Positions 1-14,602 are shown, numbered from the stretch's first letter. The stretch: 64,000 bases of DNA from Octopus vulgaris (GCA_951406725.2 OX597835.1:8308001-8372000); one strand, 5' to 3'. Made by a program: numbers and translations. Notes: generated by a model from the sequence alone, not told the origin.

Positions 1-57
1 GGGACTGAACCCAGAACCATGTGGTTGGTAAACAAGCTACTTACCACACAGCCACTC
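1..57 (-). mobile_element. SINE family A, tRNA-like 5' head (cut by window edge)
   Basis: Reverse complement reads GAGTGGCTGTGTGGTAAGTAGCTTG...GGTTCAGTCCC, matching the head of the full-length copies. Confidence 0.85.
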
Positions 58-442
58 TTACTGACTATCCTTAACGAATTAGACCAATATTACGTCAAGT
101 TATTAAAAACGTGTCTCAAAAGTAGCTACAATTCGAGATTGTTTATCTCATTAGATTGCTTCTTTCCAGCTGCTCTGAAAAAAATCAGAGATTCGTCCAT
201 CCTCATATCTACTAATATAAATATATATGCACGAGCTGTGTGTCTGTTACACAAACAAAGAGGTTATCTAGTACAATCAATCAATCATCCTTCTCGCCAA
301 CGTAACAAATATAACCAGAGACTGGAATGTCGAGTGGTTATCCTTTTCCACCAACCAGAATCAAAACATATTTAACCTCGAGCGATTTATCGTATTCGGG
401 TCCCCGGGTGGCAAACAAAATGCGAAGTAACTGGTTACGATA

Positions 443-860
443 GAAGGCGTCGAGCTGGCAGAAACGTTAGCGCGCCATGCGAAATGCTTAGCGGTATTTC
501 GTCTGTCGCAACGTTCTGAGTTCAAATTCCGCCGAAGTCGACTTTGCCTTTCATCCTTTCGAGGTCGATAAATTAAGTACCAGTTACGCACTGAGGTCGA
601 TGTAATCGACTTAATACCTATGTCTGTCCTTGTTTGTCCCCTCTATGTTTAGCTCCTTGTAGGTAATAAAGAAATAGGTATTTCGTCTGTCGCAACGTTC
701 TGAGTTCAAATTCCGCCGAAGTCGACCTTGCCTTTCATCCTTTCGGGGTCGATAAATTAAGTACCAGTTACGCACTGGGGTCGATGTAATTGACTTAATA
801 CCTATGTCTGTCCTTGTTTGTCCACTCTATGTTTAGCCCCTTGTGGGCAATAAGGAAATA
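443..860 (+). mobile_element. SINE family B with tandemly duplicated body
   Basis: A box TGGCAGAAACG and B box GTTCAAATTCC; ~183 bp body repeated twice; 10-bp TSD GGTTACGATA at 433-442 and 861-870. Confidence 0.9.
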
Positions 861-1013
861 GGTTACGATAATTTCGAAGTGAGACACGAATTGCCGACTG
901 AAAATTTTTCAATGGTGACCCTTTCAGTTTGAAGCTTTGTAAATAGTCGTTGATCCCTTTCCCAGTTAATCTGCCCTTTGTACTGACATTATGTTTCATT
1001 CTGCTTCCATGCA

Positions 1014-1420
1014 CTCTCTCTTTTACTCTCTCTTTTAGTTGTTTCAGTCATTTGATTGCGGCCATGCTGGAGCACCGCCTTTAATCGAGCTAATCGACCC
1101 CGGGACTTATTCTTTTGTAAACCCAGTACTTATTCTATCGGTCTCTTTTGCCCAAACGCTAAGTAACGGGGACATAATCACACCTGCATCGGTTGTCAAG
1201 CAATGCTAGGGGGACAAACACAGACACACAAACACACACGCACGTATATATACATATATACGACGGGCTTCTTTCAGTTTCCATCTACCAAATCCACTCA
1301 CAAGGCTTTGGTCGGCTCGAGGCTATAGTAGAAGACACTTGCCCAAGGTGCCAGGCAGTGGGACTGAACCCTGAACCATGTGGTTGGTTAGCAAGCTACT
1401 TACCACACAGCCACTCCTGC
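1014..1420 (-). mobile_element. SINE family A, full length
   Basis: Pol III A box TGGCTGTGTGG and B box GGTTCAGTCC, internal TA/TG tract, (TAAAAGAG)n-like tail; many near-identical copies in the window. Confidence 0.92.
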
Positions 1421-1575
1421 ACTATGCAGAATATTTTTGGCCCTTGTTGCACTGGCACCAACAGTTAAAAGTACGAAGAGGATTTGGAAAGATATGAAAC
1501 AAGAACGAATAACTGAAAGCCATATACATAGAAATAGATACGTAGCAGGAAAAGCAAACATAAAGAAAACTGTTA

Positions 1576-1872
1576 TCTTTATATATAAAGAGAGGCTATG
1601 TGTCTGTCTCCTACGATTTAGATTCCTAACTACTCCCACATTTTGCGGTGCAGTTTAGCCAAAACCGGGTATCTTATAGTCGTGATTCATATCAAGCTCT
1701 TCTGCGTATTAGCGCGCGTCTACGATGAGTCTACGATTAAAAAAAAAAAATTACCATCATTTTTTTTCCATTTTTAATGCATTCTTTTGCTATTTTTTGG
1801 CTATAACTCTCTAAAAATGCTTATATAGTTATTTCCCTTACAAACCCGAGCAACGCCGGGCGATACTGCTAG
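1576..1872 (+). mobile_element. Non-autonomous Helitron (family D), short variant
   Basis: 5' TC, 3' hairpin CCCGAGCAACGCCGGG followed by CTAG, inserted between A and T with no TSD; 4 copies in the window. Confidence 0.85.
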
Positions 1873-2633
1873 TTACTAATAAAATGTTGTTGTTGTTGTT
1901 GTTGTTGGATTTTTCACAATTTTAATCTTATCAAAGGCGGTAAAAAAAAAGTTATTAGCAGTTCGTATTTTTCTCGAAAATTCAAAATCTCTAATGAATT
2001 TCTTTTCCTACCATTAAGTTAATTCCTGCAACTAATCAATGTATTTCATAATCGATTGCCTTGATTCTAGCTCATGCCTCTAGATTTATTTCAAAAATAG
2101 ATATTCTTAAACATTCGTTGCAGGAATCTAGCGCACTGCTTAATGAACTTTAATAAAAGGTAGAGAGATGAAACACCTTAAAGCGATTTCGAATCGAACC
2201 CGTGGACCTTTCATCTGCAGTATCATGGGATTCCCTTTATATTTGATGCTGCTCGCAGCAGGTATAAAACACAAGCGTGTGAAAATGCACCAACTAAACT
2301 TTATGCTCACGTGCAGAGTTGCAGAATGTGCACTTAATGTCATGAGAATTGCATTTTGTTGCATCGTTAAAGCGAACAGTAGCTTTAATGCAGTAAAAGA
2401 TATCAATGTTATTGGTTTGTGTTGTTAATAAAAGTATCGATTACTTCGATGGTTGGGAATCAGCAGCTCATAGCTATACATCATCACCTTCCTCCTCTTC
2501 CTCAGCCTCCTCATCATCATCACCATCACCCCTAACGCCATCATTATCATTATCTTATTCCCATATTCGTCCTTCTACCGTTCTTTCATTCGCATGCCTT
2601 AAATGTCTTTCTTCTTACGGCCGTTCCCCTTTC

Positions 2634-2636
<3 letters not shown>

Positions 2637-2730
<94 letters not shown>
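2637..2730. repeat. (TA)n microsatellite
   Basis: Directly visible; one of dozens of (TA)n tracts. Confidence 0.95.
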
Positions 2731-2731
<1 letters not shown>

Positions 2732-3099
2732 ATATTAGGGAATAAATCCAAATTTACAGAGAAAAATCAGATTTAGGATTGAATCCAATTTTATAGAAAA
2801 ATATAATATAATATTAATTAGAGACAAAACCACTATTATGCAAGTCAAACAAAGAAAGACTTAATCCAATACATAAAAAAATTTATATAAATTAAATAAA
2901 ATTAAGTTATCCACTACAATTGTTTCTTGTCACTTCTAAGGACATTCATCAGGTGGTTTCAAGACCTTCTATTCAATTTTAGAAGTCACAAGAAACAATT
3001 GTAGTGGATAACTTAATTTTATTTAATTTATATAAAATTTTTATGTATTGGATTAAGTCTTTCTTTGTTTGATTTGCATAATAGTGGTTTTGTCTCTAA

Positions 3100-3100
<1 letters not shown>
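2731..3100. mobile_element. Fold-back element carrying a hammerhead (Penelope-like/retrozyme-like remnant)
   Basis: Inverted arms 2817-2939 and 2979-3100, flanked by (TA)n on both sides; same family at 9480-9625 and 33960-34115. Confidence 0.7.
2911..2956 (-). ncRNA. Type I minimal hammerhead ribozyme motif
   Basis: Minus strand: ccac CTGATGA a tgtc..gaca a GAAAC aatt GTA gtgg; palindromic stem III ACAATTGT. Confidence 0.75.
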
Positions 3101-3140
<40 letters not shown>

Positions 3141-3145
<5 letters not shown>

Positions 3146-3444
3146 CGTGACCGACCAGGCTATCAGATGTTGCTACACATCGCTGGTCACAATGCGCTTC
3201 GCATTGTTTTGGCCTTCAAATGACGCCACCCAGGCTGGCTAAGCGAGCAGGCCAGCAGAAGAAAGAGTGAGAGAAAGATGTGGCGAAAGAGTACAGCAGG
3301 GTTCGCCACCACTATCCTGCCGGAGCCTCGTGGAGCTTTTAGGTGTTTTCGCTCAATAAACACTCACAACGCCCGGTCTGGGAATCGAAACCGCGATCCT
3401 ACAACCGCGAGTCCGCTGCCATAACCACCGGGCCATTGCGCCTC

Positions 3445-3447
<3 letters not shown>
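3141..3447 (-). mobile_element. SINE family C, tail variant 2
   Basis: Head GGAGGCGCAATGGCCC..GGTTTCGATTCCCAGACC shared with the other C copies; distinct 3' half also present at 44010-44120. Confidence 0.88.
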
Positions 3448-3521
<74 letters not shown>

Positions 3522-3649
3522 CACACGCACATACTCTTGTTTCTTCTACTTCCACACGTATGTGTGTGCGTGAGAGAGGGAGAGAGAGAGAGAAAGAGAG
3601 AGAGAGAGCACATAGGTTGATGTATATTTCTTGAGCTTATGTTCTAAAA

Positions 3650-4600
3650 TACAAACTCCGAAGTACCAATGAAGATGGTCTAATTAGTTGCATGAAGCGT
3701 TCATAAAACTTCATATGTTTATATTCCTTGTTTATTAGTTCCAGCCCGAGGGTTGTGAGCATGCTGGAAAAACCACCGGTGCAATTGGTATTAATTCTAC
3801 AGTACTGAAGTTTTGATAAATGAAGAAGTTTGGTACTGTCGTTTTCAGGTGCATTTCTTGCTATGACATTTGTTCGTCTAGAATCCCTCATCGAAGTCTC
3901 TCTAGACACCTGTTAATTACATCTGTATCCACTCCATGTAGAAATTTCAGCTTCCTTGTCAAGAGACTGTATATCTGTATGCCTTTAAACTATAGGCGTT
4001 CGCAGTATGTGATGCTGATTTTTGACGAGGCGTGTTGGACCTTCGGGATCATGCAGTGACAAGTTCCTTGACCGGTCTACCACTCAATACCGATGTTTGG
4101 CATGAAACCTTTAAAAGTCTTCCATGTATAGGTGATTGTACATCTCCTCGTCTTCATTTGAAGAAGTAGAGTTTTAATGCTTTTAGCCTCTTCTAGTAGC
4201 TTCGGTGTGGCACAGCGGGAATCCTCTTAAAGTATCGTTGGGTTTATTTTAGAACTGCTGTTAGTTTAATATTGTTTGGTGATCCTTGTCGCGAGAAGTA
4301 GTCCTGGCAGCAAATAACAGATATTCTCTAGAAAAGCAACCAGGATTCCTGCTCTCTCATACTGACCGATCTGATGGTTTATCCCGACATTTTTTTTTTT
4401 TAACAACATTGCTGTCTTGGTAACATATTCATGACAAGGGGCATCGTTACTCATATTAATTTCCACGTTGCGTACATACTGCAACTTTGGAATTGCATTC
4501 TCTCCAGATTCTGCATATTATGGGTGTGAAGGGCTTGGAGGTTGATGTCGAAGATTTTAGAATGTTCCAGCGTTAAATGACGTTATTCTCTTCAATACAC
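3650..4600 (-). pseudogene. Decayed CR1/L2-group LINE ORF2 C-terminal fragment
   Basis: Manual translation gives VRNVEINMSNDA, Y*KRLKALKLY, TITYTWKTFKGFMPNIGIE and LHGVD, with stops and frameshifts; resembles the CR1-type RT C-terminus. Confidence 0.7.
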
Positions 4601-5328
4601 TTATAGGTTACATGAAAGTCCTGCTTCAGATACACAACTTCTCTGGCTACAAAACTATCTCGGGCAGTAATATATGTGTGTCTATGTATCTGTGCAAATA
4701 AATATGTGTTTGTATAAGTATGTATATATGTATATATATATTTACAAAATTCTCTCGGGTAGTATATGCATGTGTATATGCGTGTAAATGAACATGTACA
4801 TATATGTACGTATATATGTGTTTGCATATTCACAAGTGTTCGTTACTTGTCATCTTTGTTTTGTCTGTTTCCTTCCTACACAACTCTTTCAATATTTTCT
4901 GCTCTGTAATTTCATTCATTTGTTTACTTCAAGAAGTTTTTTTTTCCCATTCTCTTTCCTTCCTTTGTCTCTTTTCTCTCATTAATTTTGATCGGAGATA
5001 GATGTTCAACGAAGCGTGTAGTCTAACCGCACATTGCAACCGTTGCTGCGTTGTATCTAAGCAGAAAACACTTTCATCTGAAATGACCTACTTAGTCCAC
5101 ATTTATACATTTATAACTGACGTGCATCAACATTAAAAGCAGCATCAGATAAGCAGAACAGGTGAAGTGAAGGCATCGAGACGGTGGTCAACTGGCAAAA
5201 ATAGATTTTTTTTTATAATCAGTGCTTTTTCAAAATTATTTCCTTTAGATTCTCTTTTCCGGTCATTCCCAAACCATTTTATCTTTGGCAATACCGGACT
5301 CAGGAAAACAAAGACTAACAATGTATAA

Positions 5329-5719
5329 CTCTCTTACTCTTTTACTCTTTTACTTGTTTCAGTCATTTGACTGCGGCCATGCTGGAGCACCGCCTTTAAT
5401 CGAGCGACTCGACCCCGGGACTTATTCTTTTGTAAGCCCTGTACTTATTTTATCGGTCTCTTTTGCCGAACCGCTAAGTAACGGGGACATAAACACACCA
5501 CCATCGGTTGTCAAGCAATGCTAGGCGGACAAATACAGACACACAAACACACACGCATATATATATATATATACATATATACGACGGACTTCTTTCAGTT
5601 TCCGTCTACCAAATCCACTCACAAGGCTTTGGTCGGCCCGAGACTATAGTAGAAGACACTTGCCCAAGGTGCCACGCAGTGGGACTGAACCCGGAACCAT
5701 GTGGTTGGTAAACAAGCTA
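5329..5719 (-). mobile_element. SINE family A, 5'-truncated
   Basis: Matches the family A consensus; lacks about 25 nt of the head. Confidence 0.9.
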
Positions 5720-6126
5720 ATATTTTGCGGTATTTTTTTCTTCTACCTGAGTTCAGATCCTACAGAGGTCACCCTTGCATCTCATTCTTCCAGTGTCAAT
5801 GAAAATATTAAAAAAAAAGAAAAAGATCAAACCAGGCATTTCGTGCATCGGACCAAAAGTCCCTGCAGATATTTGTTCCAACTCCTAACGTTCTGAGAGC
5901 TCAGTCAAGTGCTGCAAACTTGTCTGTGTGTCACCGGATAGCTAAAATATCAAAAGAAAAAAAAATTAAAATCGAAAATAGCAATTTTCAATTTTCCAAG
6001 AAATCTCCTTCAATACCTCATGGTAAGGACTGGACAGGAAACAAAATGAAGTCAATTTATTTCTATATAAACATCTCTTTACATCATTTCAGCAAATAAA
6101 TTCCTTCCCCTCTCTCTTTCTCTCGC

Positions 6127-6329
<203 letters not shown>

Positions 6330-6639
6330 GTATTTATCACCTGATATGCTTATATTTTCGCTTACCCCATTACAGCTATCTTCCTTTTTTTCCCTTTCGT
6401 TTTCTCCTCACATTGTCTCCCTTCATCAATTTCTGTTTATATCAAATTCGCTTCTTCAATTCCCTAATTTTCTTTTTTCCTTTCTTCACCCCATCCTTAT
6501 CCCATTTCTCTACCTCTGTTCATCTGTTTCACAGTGACCTGTATCTTCCTTTAACCGAATTTCCCCATCAATCTGTCATATCATACCTTTTACTTATTCC
6601 GTTCATTTTCTCTCCTTAGATACATACATACATACATAC

Positions 6640-6707
<68 letters not shown>

Positions 6708-6827
6708 GCATACATATATATCTATCTATCTATCTATACTATCTATCTATCTATCTATCTATCTATCATATATATATATACACACATACATGCATACATA
6801 TATATATCTATCTATCTATCTATCGTG

Positions 6828-6876
<49 letters not shown>

Positions 6877-7484
6877 AGATTCTCTTCATGATCCATCCAT
6901 TCTTTCGCTTCTAACTTTCTCCACCATCCCAGTAGTCCTTAACCTCCACACGCTCTCGCATATTCAGTGTTTCTCTTGGATTTCCACGTGCTGTGAGTGT
7001 GTATACACATGTATGTATGTATATGTGCTTGTGCGCGCGAGTGTGTGTGTGTGTGTACGTGAAAGTTTTTCTCCATCTAACTCTTTCTTTCATTCAATCA
7101 TCTTCATTCCATCCAGCTCTTTCACATTTCCTTCTTACGCCCTCTTTCTCATACTTTTAAGCTCGATATCTTTGTACACGTCATTGCTCTAAGTCTATTC
7201 ACCGAAAGGAGTAATTCAAAAAGTAAGGAATCGTTACTGAGGAACTAGAAGACCTCAACAATCGAATACTTACAACAATAGCGGCTTATTAGTGTCTTTT
7301 GTAGACACATTAAGATTGGGGCGGTGAGGTCGAATCGCATTCTTTCTGTCTTTGCACTAACAGAACCGAACATATAGATGCATACACATTCATACACAGA
7401 TGCATACACACACAAACACACACATACACACATGTATTTATACATATGTGTATTACATCCACTTCTGTGTGTCAATATACGTAC

Positions 7485-7580
<96 letters not shown>

Positions 7581-8176
7581 ATATATAGTTATATATATAA
7601 ATAGTTATACGTGCTACACACAAACACACACACACACACGCACAAGCACTCACCAACTCACGCACATACACGCAGAAAGAAGGTACGCTTACATATAAAG
7701 AGAAAACACAAACGCACACATCAGTAGACACACAACGCACGCACACACACTCACCAACTCTCACACACATACACATAAAAAAGAGGTACGCTTACACATA
7801 ATCGCACAGATCAGTAGACACACAAACGCACACATACATGCATGCATGCACATCAAGTCAGTGAAGCTTGCCCCGCTTTTGCATTCAGCGTATTTTGGCG
7901 GATACATACGAACATACATAACACATACCAGTATTTGCATTCATATATATCCATACAGCTATTAACAGTCAGGTTCAAACCTGTATGCATATATACATAA
8001 TTTGGTTAAAAAAAAACCCAAAAAAAACAATCAAGTTCGCTTGTAGACACAAAGATGCCCGAGCCAAAAATCAATCGATACCGATCGATCACCGTTTGCA
8101 AAATATATGAAGAATCGTTGGGGAACGGAGAAATTCAGGATATTCAAGCGCGAATACAACCACAGGTATTATATGT

Positions 8177-8569
8177 ACTCCTTTACTCTTTTACTTGTTT
8201 CAGTCATTTGACTGCGGCCATGCTGGAGCACCGCCTTTAGTCAAGCAAATCGACCACAGGACTTATTCCTTTTAAGCCTAGTACTTATTCTATCGTTCTC
8301 TTTTACCGAACCGCTAAGTTACGGGGACATAAACACACCAGCATCGGTTGTTATGCGATGTTGTGGGACAAAGACACATAAACATATATACACACACCCA
8401 TATATATATATATATACATATATACGACAGGCTTCTTTAAATTTCCGTCTACCAAATCCACTCACAAGGCTTTGGTCGGCTCGAGGCTATAGTAGAGGAC
8501 ACTTGCAAAAGTTGCCACGTAGTGGGACTGAACCCAGAACCACGTGGATGGTAAGCGTCCTACTTACCA
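8177..8569 (-). mobile_element. SINE family A
   Basis: Matches the family A consensus, moderately diverged. Confidence 0.88.
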
Positions 8570-8897
8570 TATATATATATATATATATATATATTTGTAT
8601 TTATATACTATTTTGTGTGTATTCCACTGATGAGGCAAAGCATTTCCGTGATCTGGAATTATCTAGTAATCTTTTGCTTGTTTATTTTGTCTCTTCGTCT
8701 TCTCTATTGGTGCTGTATGAACACTTAATGTGGTCTTAAAGTCAAGTTTTGGCTGCTTTACCTAGCATGGTGGTATCTTTTAGATACCCTTAATTATGTT
8801 TTAATACTAATTATTACCTATGAGGTTTTTATTCCCATGCTAGCCACCTGATATGATCAGCATTTTAAATAATGACCTTATCCTTATTTATATAAAT

Positions 8898-8955
<58 letters not shown>

Positions 8956-9098
8956 CAGTGTACATTCAAACACATAAGGAATACACTCGTGGGATTCAAC
9001 ACGCTAGAAAGAAAATCTAGGTTCTATAACCACAAAATTTGAAATAAAATCCCGACCGGAACGAAATGAAAAAATTAAAAACTTTTATCATCTACTTT

Positions 9099-9171
9099 CC
9101 TGGACCAATTGGTTTCTGATTTTAGTTTAGCAAATAAATTATGTTCGCTTGGTGAAATATTCGTCAACAGG
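9099..9171 (-). ncRNA. Hammerhead-like motif (U3 variant, weak stem II)
   Basis: Minus strand: cctg TTGACGA ... GAAAC caattg GTC cagg; lies in a (TA)n-flanked module at 8953-9435. Confidence 0.5.
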
Positions 9172-9431
9172 TACACCTTAGATTAGATATATAAAACACG
9201 AGGCAATCAACTATGTGTTTCTTGTTTATACATTCTAATTTTTCAAACTCTACCGACAATAGAAAAATGTGAACTTTTAAAATCCGAAAATTATCAAAAA
9301 AATTATAATACTTAATCATATCGAAGGGAAATGTAAATTAATAGAACTTTTCACTTCCAGTGGCCACCGTGTAAAAATTTAGTCCAAAGACTATATCCTT
9401 CGTCTTTTGTCTATTTTCATAAAGCTTCCCG

Positions 9432-9483
<52 letters not shown>

Positions 9484-9618
9484 TTAGAGATAAAACCACC
9501 ATTAGGCAAATCATATAATATAATATAATATAATATAATATAATATAATATATTTTACTATAAAATTGGATCTAATCCTAAATCTGATTTTTCCCTGTAA
9601 GTTTGGATTTATTCCCTA

Positions 9619-9686
<68 letters not shown>

Positions 9687-10067
9687 AAGGATGCATCTAA
9701 TTAGCACACATTCACCTAAAAGGAAAACAGTAAATGCCTTTAAATAAGACTGAGGATGTTTAAACATCTCCCCTGCTAGAAAGAAGAGTTAATTGTGTCT
9801 GTTGCTACTATCAACGCGCATATAATTATATGCATACTTGCCGGCAGCGACCGCTGATAGCCGGAAACTGGCGACCGTGATATCTCTTTACCGTACAGTT
9901 TCAGCTTCAGGCTGAAGAATAGCGAGAAGAGTCGGCACAATTCGCCAGTTTACGGACGAGCATCTACGAACGAGCATCTATGTTTATTCCATAAAAATCT
10001 ATGGATGATTTTAGCGAATCGTTAATGTCTATACAAATACAAATAATCAAACGAGGCAGCTATATAT

Positions 10068-10484
10068 ACTCTTTTACTCTTTTACTTGTTTCAGTCGTTT
10101 GATTGCGGCCATGCTGGAGCACCGCCTATAGTCGACCAAATCGACCCCGGAACTTATTCTTTTGTAAGCCCAGTACTTATTCTATCGGTCTCTTTTGCCG
10201 AACCGCTAAGTGACGGGGACGTAAACACACCAGCATCGGTTGTCAAGCAATGCTAAGGGGACAAACACAGACACACAAACACACACACATATACATATAA
10301 ATATATATATATACATATATACGACAGGCTTTTTTCAGTTTCCGTCTACCAAATCCACTCACAAGGCATTGGTCGGCCCGAGGCAATAGCAGAAGACACT
10401 TGCCCAAGATGCCACACAGTGGGACTGAACCCGGAACCATGTGGGTGGTTAGCAACCTACTTACCACACAGCCACTCCTGCGCC
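10068..10484 (-). mobile_element. SINE family A, full length
   Basis: Complete head (GGCGCAGGAGTGGC) through tail. Confidence 0.92.
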
Positions 10485-10701
10485 TATATGTATATATTTA
10501 TATATGTGTGTGTGTGTGTATGTATGTGTGTGTGTGTGTGTGTTTGTGTGGGTGTGTGTGTGTGTGTGTGTGTGTGTAGCTGCCTCGTTAGAAAGTTCCG
10601 AATGACCCGTCCTTGTTTTTACCTGTCCTTTTTTGTATCATCTAACTGTCCGTTTTTTTTTTGTTGGCGCTTGTTACGTTCTTGTTCCATTTTTTGCTTT
10701 C

Positions 10702-10734
<33 letters not shown>

Positions 10735-11127
10735 CTAGCAGTATCGCCCGGCGTTGCTCGGGTTTGTAAGGGAAATAACTATATAAGCATTTTTAGAGAT
10801 GTAAAGTATAATAGCCATCTCAATATGGCTAACCATAAAGGGGGTGTTACTGTAGCTTTTTACGTTCTGAGATTTAATAGTAAATTTTTAGAGAGTTACT
10901 TCCCTTATATATGCCAAAAATGCATTAAAAATGGGAAAAATTGATGGTAATTTTTTTTTAAATCGTAGACTCATCGTAGTCGCGCGCTAATACCCAGAAG
11001 GGCTCGATATGAATCACGACTATAAGATACCCAGTTTTGGTTAAACTGCACCGCAAAATGTGGGAGTAGTTAGGAATCTAAATCGTAGGAGACAGACAGC
11101 ACACAACCTTACTTTTATATATAAAGA
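10735..11127 (-). mobile_element. Non-autonomous Helitron (family D)
   Basis: CTAG plus hairpin at the 10735 end, TC at the 11127 end; inserted in (TA)n. Confidence 0.85.
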
Positions 11128-12049
11128 TATATATATATATATAAATATATATATATATAGAGAGAGAGGGGGGGAGAGAGAAAGAAAGAGAGAGAGAGAT
11201 TATAGAGAAAGTGTGTGTGTCATGTTCGAAAGGTTGCACAGATATTTTATATTGCGACAAAAGAGGTCGACAGAATTTTGGAAATTTTTTTTATTTATTC
11301 ATTATTCTCAGTGCTTTCGTTCGTCTTCGAACTTGTCGAATAATATTATGAATGTGCAAACAAGTTCATTTATGTAAATCAAGTGTTTGTTTTTTGTGAT
11401 GTTTAGAAGAGAACATGTTTTTTTGTTTGTTTTATGGGTGAGGTTCCAATAAAATGGAGATAGATAGATAGACAAATAGATAGACAGATAGATAGGTGAA
11501 GAGTGGGAGAAAGGAGGGATTTCTTTTCAACCTGGAATGTATGTACCATTTATTCATTTATTTAATTAGTTAGTTTTTTTATTACCATTGTATACCTATT
11601 GACATGAGTTCGAAAGTGGTGACTTCTGCAAGATGTCAGTTTTAGGATGGGGAAAATAATGAAACTCACTAAAAAAAATACAAAACAACAAAAACAAAAT
11701 AAAACAATGTTTTCCTCTTCTAAACAAAACAAAAGAACATTTGATTTATATAAATGAACAATCTGTTTCAACATTCACAATATTATTTGACAAGTTCTAA
11801 ACGAACAAAAGCGTTAATAATAAGGAATAAAAAAATGTTTTGCCAAAATTCTGGAGACCTTTTTTCTCAAAACACACACATTCATAGACATGCACGCACG
11901 CACGCACAAACACACACACACACACTAAAAGCTGATGTTTACACACAAGCAATATATATATTAACACCATTCAAAAAACGCACTAGACGCTATAACTCGT
12001 TAGCATATATATATGCAATTATTTACGTACTTTAATGTGAGCAAAAATT

Positions 12050-12210
12050 AAGGCGGTGAGCTGGCAGAATCATTAGAGCGGCTAATGAATGCTTAGCGGT
12101 ATTTCGTCCGTGTGTGAGTACAGAGTTCAAATTTCGCTGCGTTCGACTTTGCCATTCGTCATTTCGGCGTCCATAAAATAAGTACTCGTTAAATTGTGAT
12201 ATAACCGACT
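12050..12210 (+). mobile_element. Degenerate SINE family B
   Basis: GGCGGTGAGCTGGCAGAATC...GAGTTCAAATTTCG...AAAATAAGTAC. Confidence 0.7.
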
Positions 12211-12562
12211 TCTCCCGATCTGGTTGACCTGTGGCCAACTGTGAAACTAATCGATGCGAAAACAACGACATACTCACACAAACACACGACATTATTTCCA
12301 GGTATATTTTCTTCATTTTTCTCTCTACCACATACACTCACGTACATCTTATATGTATGAATACTTTATAGCTTTGAATCTATGCTCTCCTGATTAATTG
12401 AGCATTTTGGCAAACTTATATATGGTTGCTTCTCAACCATCTGGTTCCGGATTTAGTCACACAGCGCGGCACCTTTGGCAAATCTGTGGTATTCAGCAGA
12501 ATATTTGCTGTAGCCCATCTTTTATAGCAAGACAAATTATTATTATTATATAATTATCATCA

Positions 12563-12624
<62 letters not shown>

Positions 12625-13676
12625 TCATATTAATTACACTGTTTGAAAAGAAAAATCCCTAACATCTGGCTACAAGTTACCTTACATGTTAAGAGCCCTC
12701 CTAGCTGTATCTAATAACACTACTGAAACTGAATGTCCCTGCCGGTAAAAAGTGGTAGGATACAGCCATCATAAATAGACGTGTAGCCGGTCGTCGACAG
12801 AGAGGGTCGGGAGTTGAAGAGTTGTGAGTCGACATTTCTAGTCGGTGTCATGTGTAGCTATCAGCAATAGTAAGAGAGAAGTTAGTGTATTACTATTCCG
12901 GTACAAAGAGATGCAACGGTATCCGATGACTACTAACTATCGTGACTACAAGCGTAAAACAGCAACTATAGTACAACGCCAGTCACCAGTGGGAAAAACC
13001 TACTTTACAACAATACACACACACGCGCGTGTATAGATATGCCATATATCACATTTTACATGCTCATAAAAACGTTTATTTGTCGTATATTTTTACTTGT
13101 TGTAGACACAGGAAGGAGAAGAAAGCTTCTTTGTTTCAGTGCTGAAAAAAAACAATTGAAATAATAAAATTTCATTCAAATAATGTGTCATCAACCGGAA
13201 AACGGAAGGTCACATTAGTAAATGAAGTCTTAGATAGGCAATGCCCCAGGGAACAATATATCTGGTGTGGGTAAAATCCTGATGAAGATAGAAAAAATGT
13301 GTTGCTGGGGAAAACAACGGTCGCTATTCGTCGGCAACCAACAACGGCGACGGAGCAGAATATAATGCCATTTTGTAAAGTGACACTCTTCCAGAGATAA
13401 CATCGTCGATTAATATTCGTTGCAGCTGTTATGGTGACTACAAAAAAGATATATTGTTGCTTCAGTTGATATTGCAGATGATGTTACTACAACTGATGCT
13501 ATCGCCGTTGATGCTGTTGGTGTTGTTGTTGCTGTTGTTGTTCTTACAGCAAATCAATCTATTAAAAGGTGGATGGCTGCTTACTAAAATAGAAAATATC
13601 AGCAAATAGCATTTTAACGTGATTGGAAAGAGTAAGTTAAAATTTATAGTCATCTGTGTATTTGTACTAGCGTACG

Positions 13677-14035
<359 letters not shown>

Positions 14036-14602
14036 AGTATTAACCTCTGAATATGTGTCTTTCTGCCAAGCAAGATTTCTGAATTTTTGTCTTTATGCAA
14101 AGAATCTATATCCGAAGGTGGTTTCTTAAAATTAGTGTGGATTTTATGGATATGACGGTAGTTTATTACTTTCATATTAGCATTTATATCGTTGCCAAAG
14201 ACTAGGTCTCTCGATTTGATGTGCTGCAGCCACAATAATTTCGTCTTGTAATTTCTTTTTCTGACAAGCAGCGCAGTGTTGTAATTGCCAATGCAAATGA
14301 AATCGTTAAACTAATTCAAGTTGAGGAAAGTGGGTGAATCTTTACTTAGCTTTGGCTCTTTTGAATGGTTTGTGTTCCAAGTATTTATGATGTGGTTGTT
14401 TTTTCTGGGTATTTATTATTTTTTTTGAGAGAGAACAGATGCATGAACATTCCAATAGAGAACAAACCTTCTCTCTTTCAGACTGAGTAGCTTCAAACAA
14501 TATAATCAATAATTGTAGGTTGACAGGATTTGCCTTAATTGTGATTCGGCTGCTATTTCAAGCTGGCGCAGAGTCCGAGTGGAGGTTATATTGTTTCATT
14601 GA

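Noticed and set aside
7232-7285. Hammerhead-like CTGAGGA motif
   Set aside because: GAAT instead of GAAA and no convincing stems II or III.
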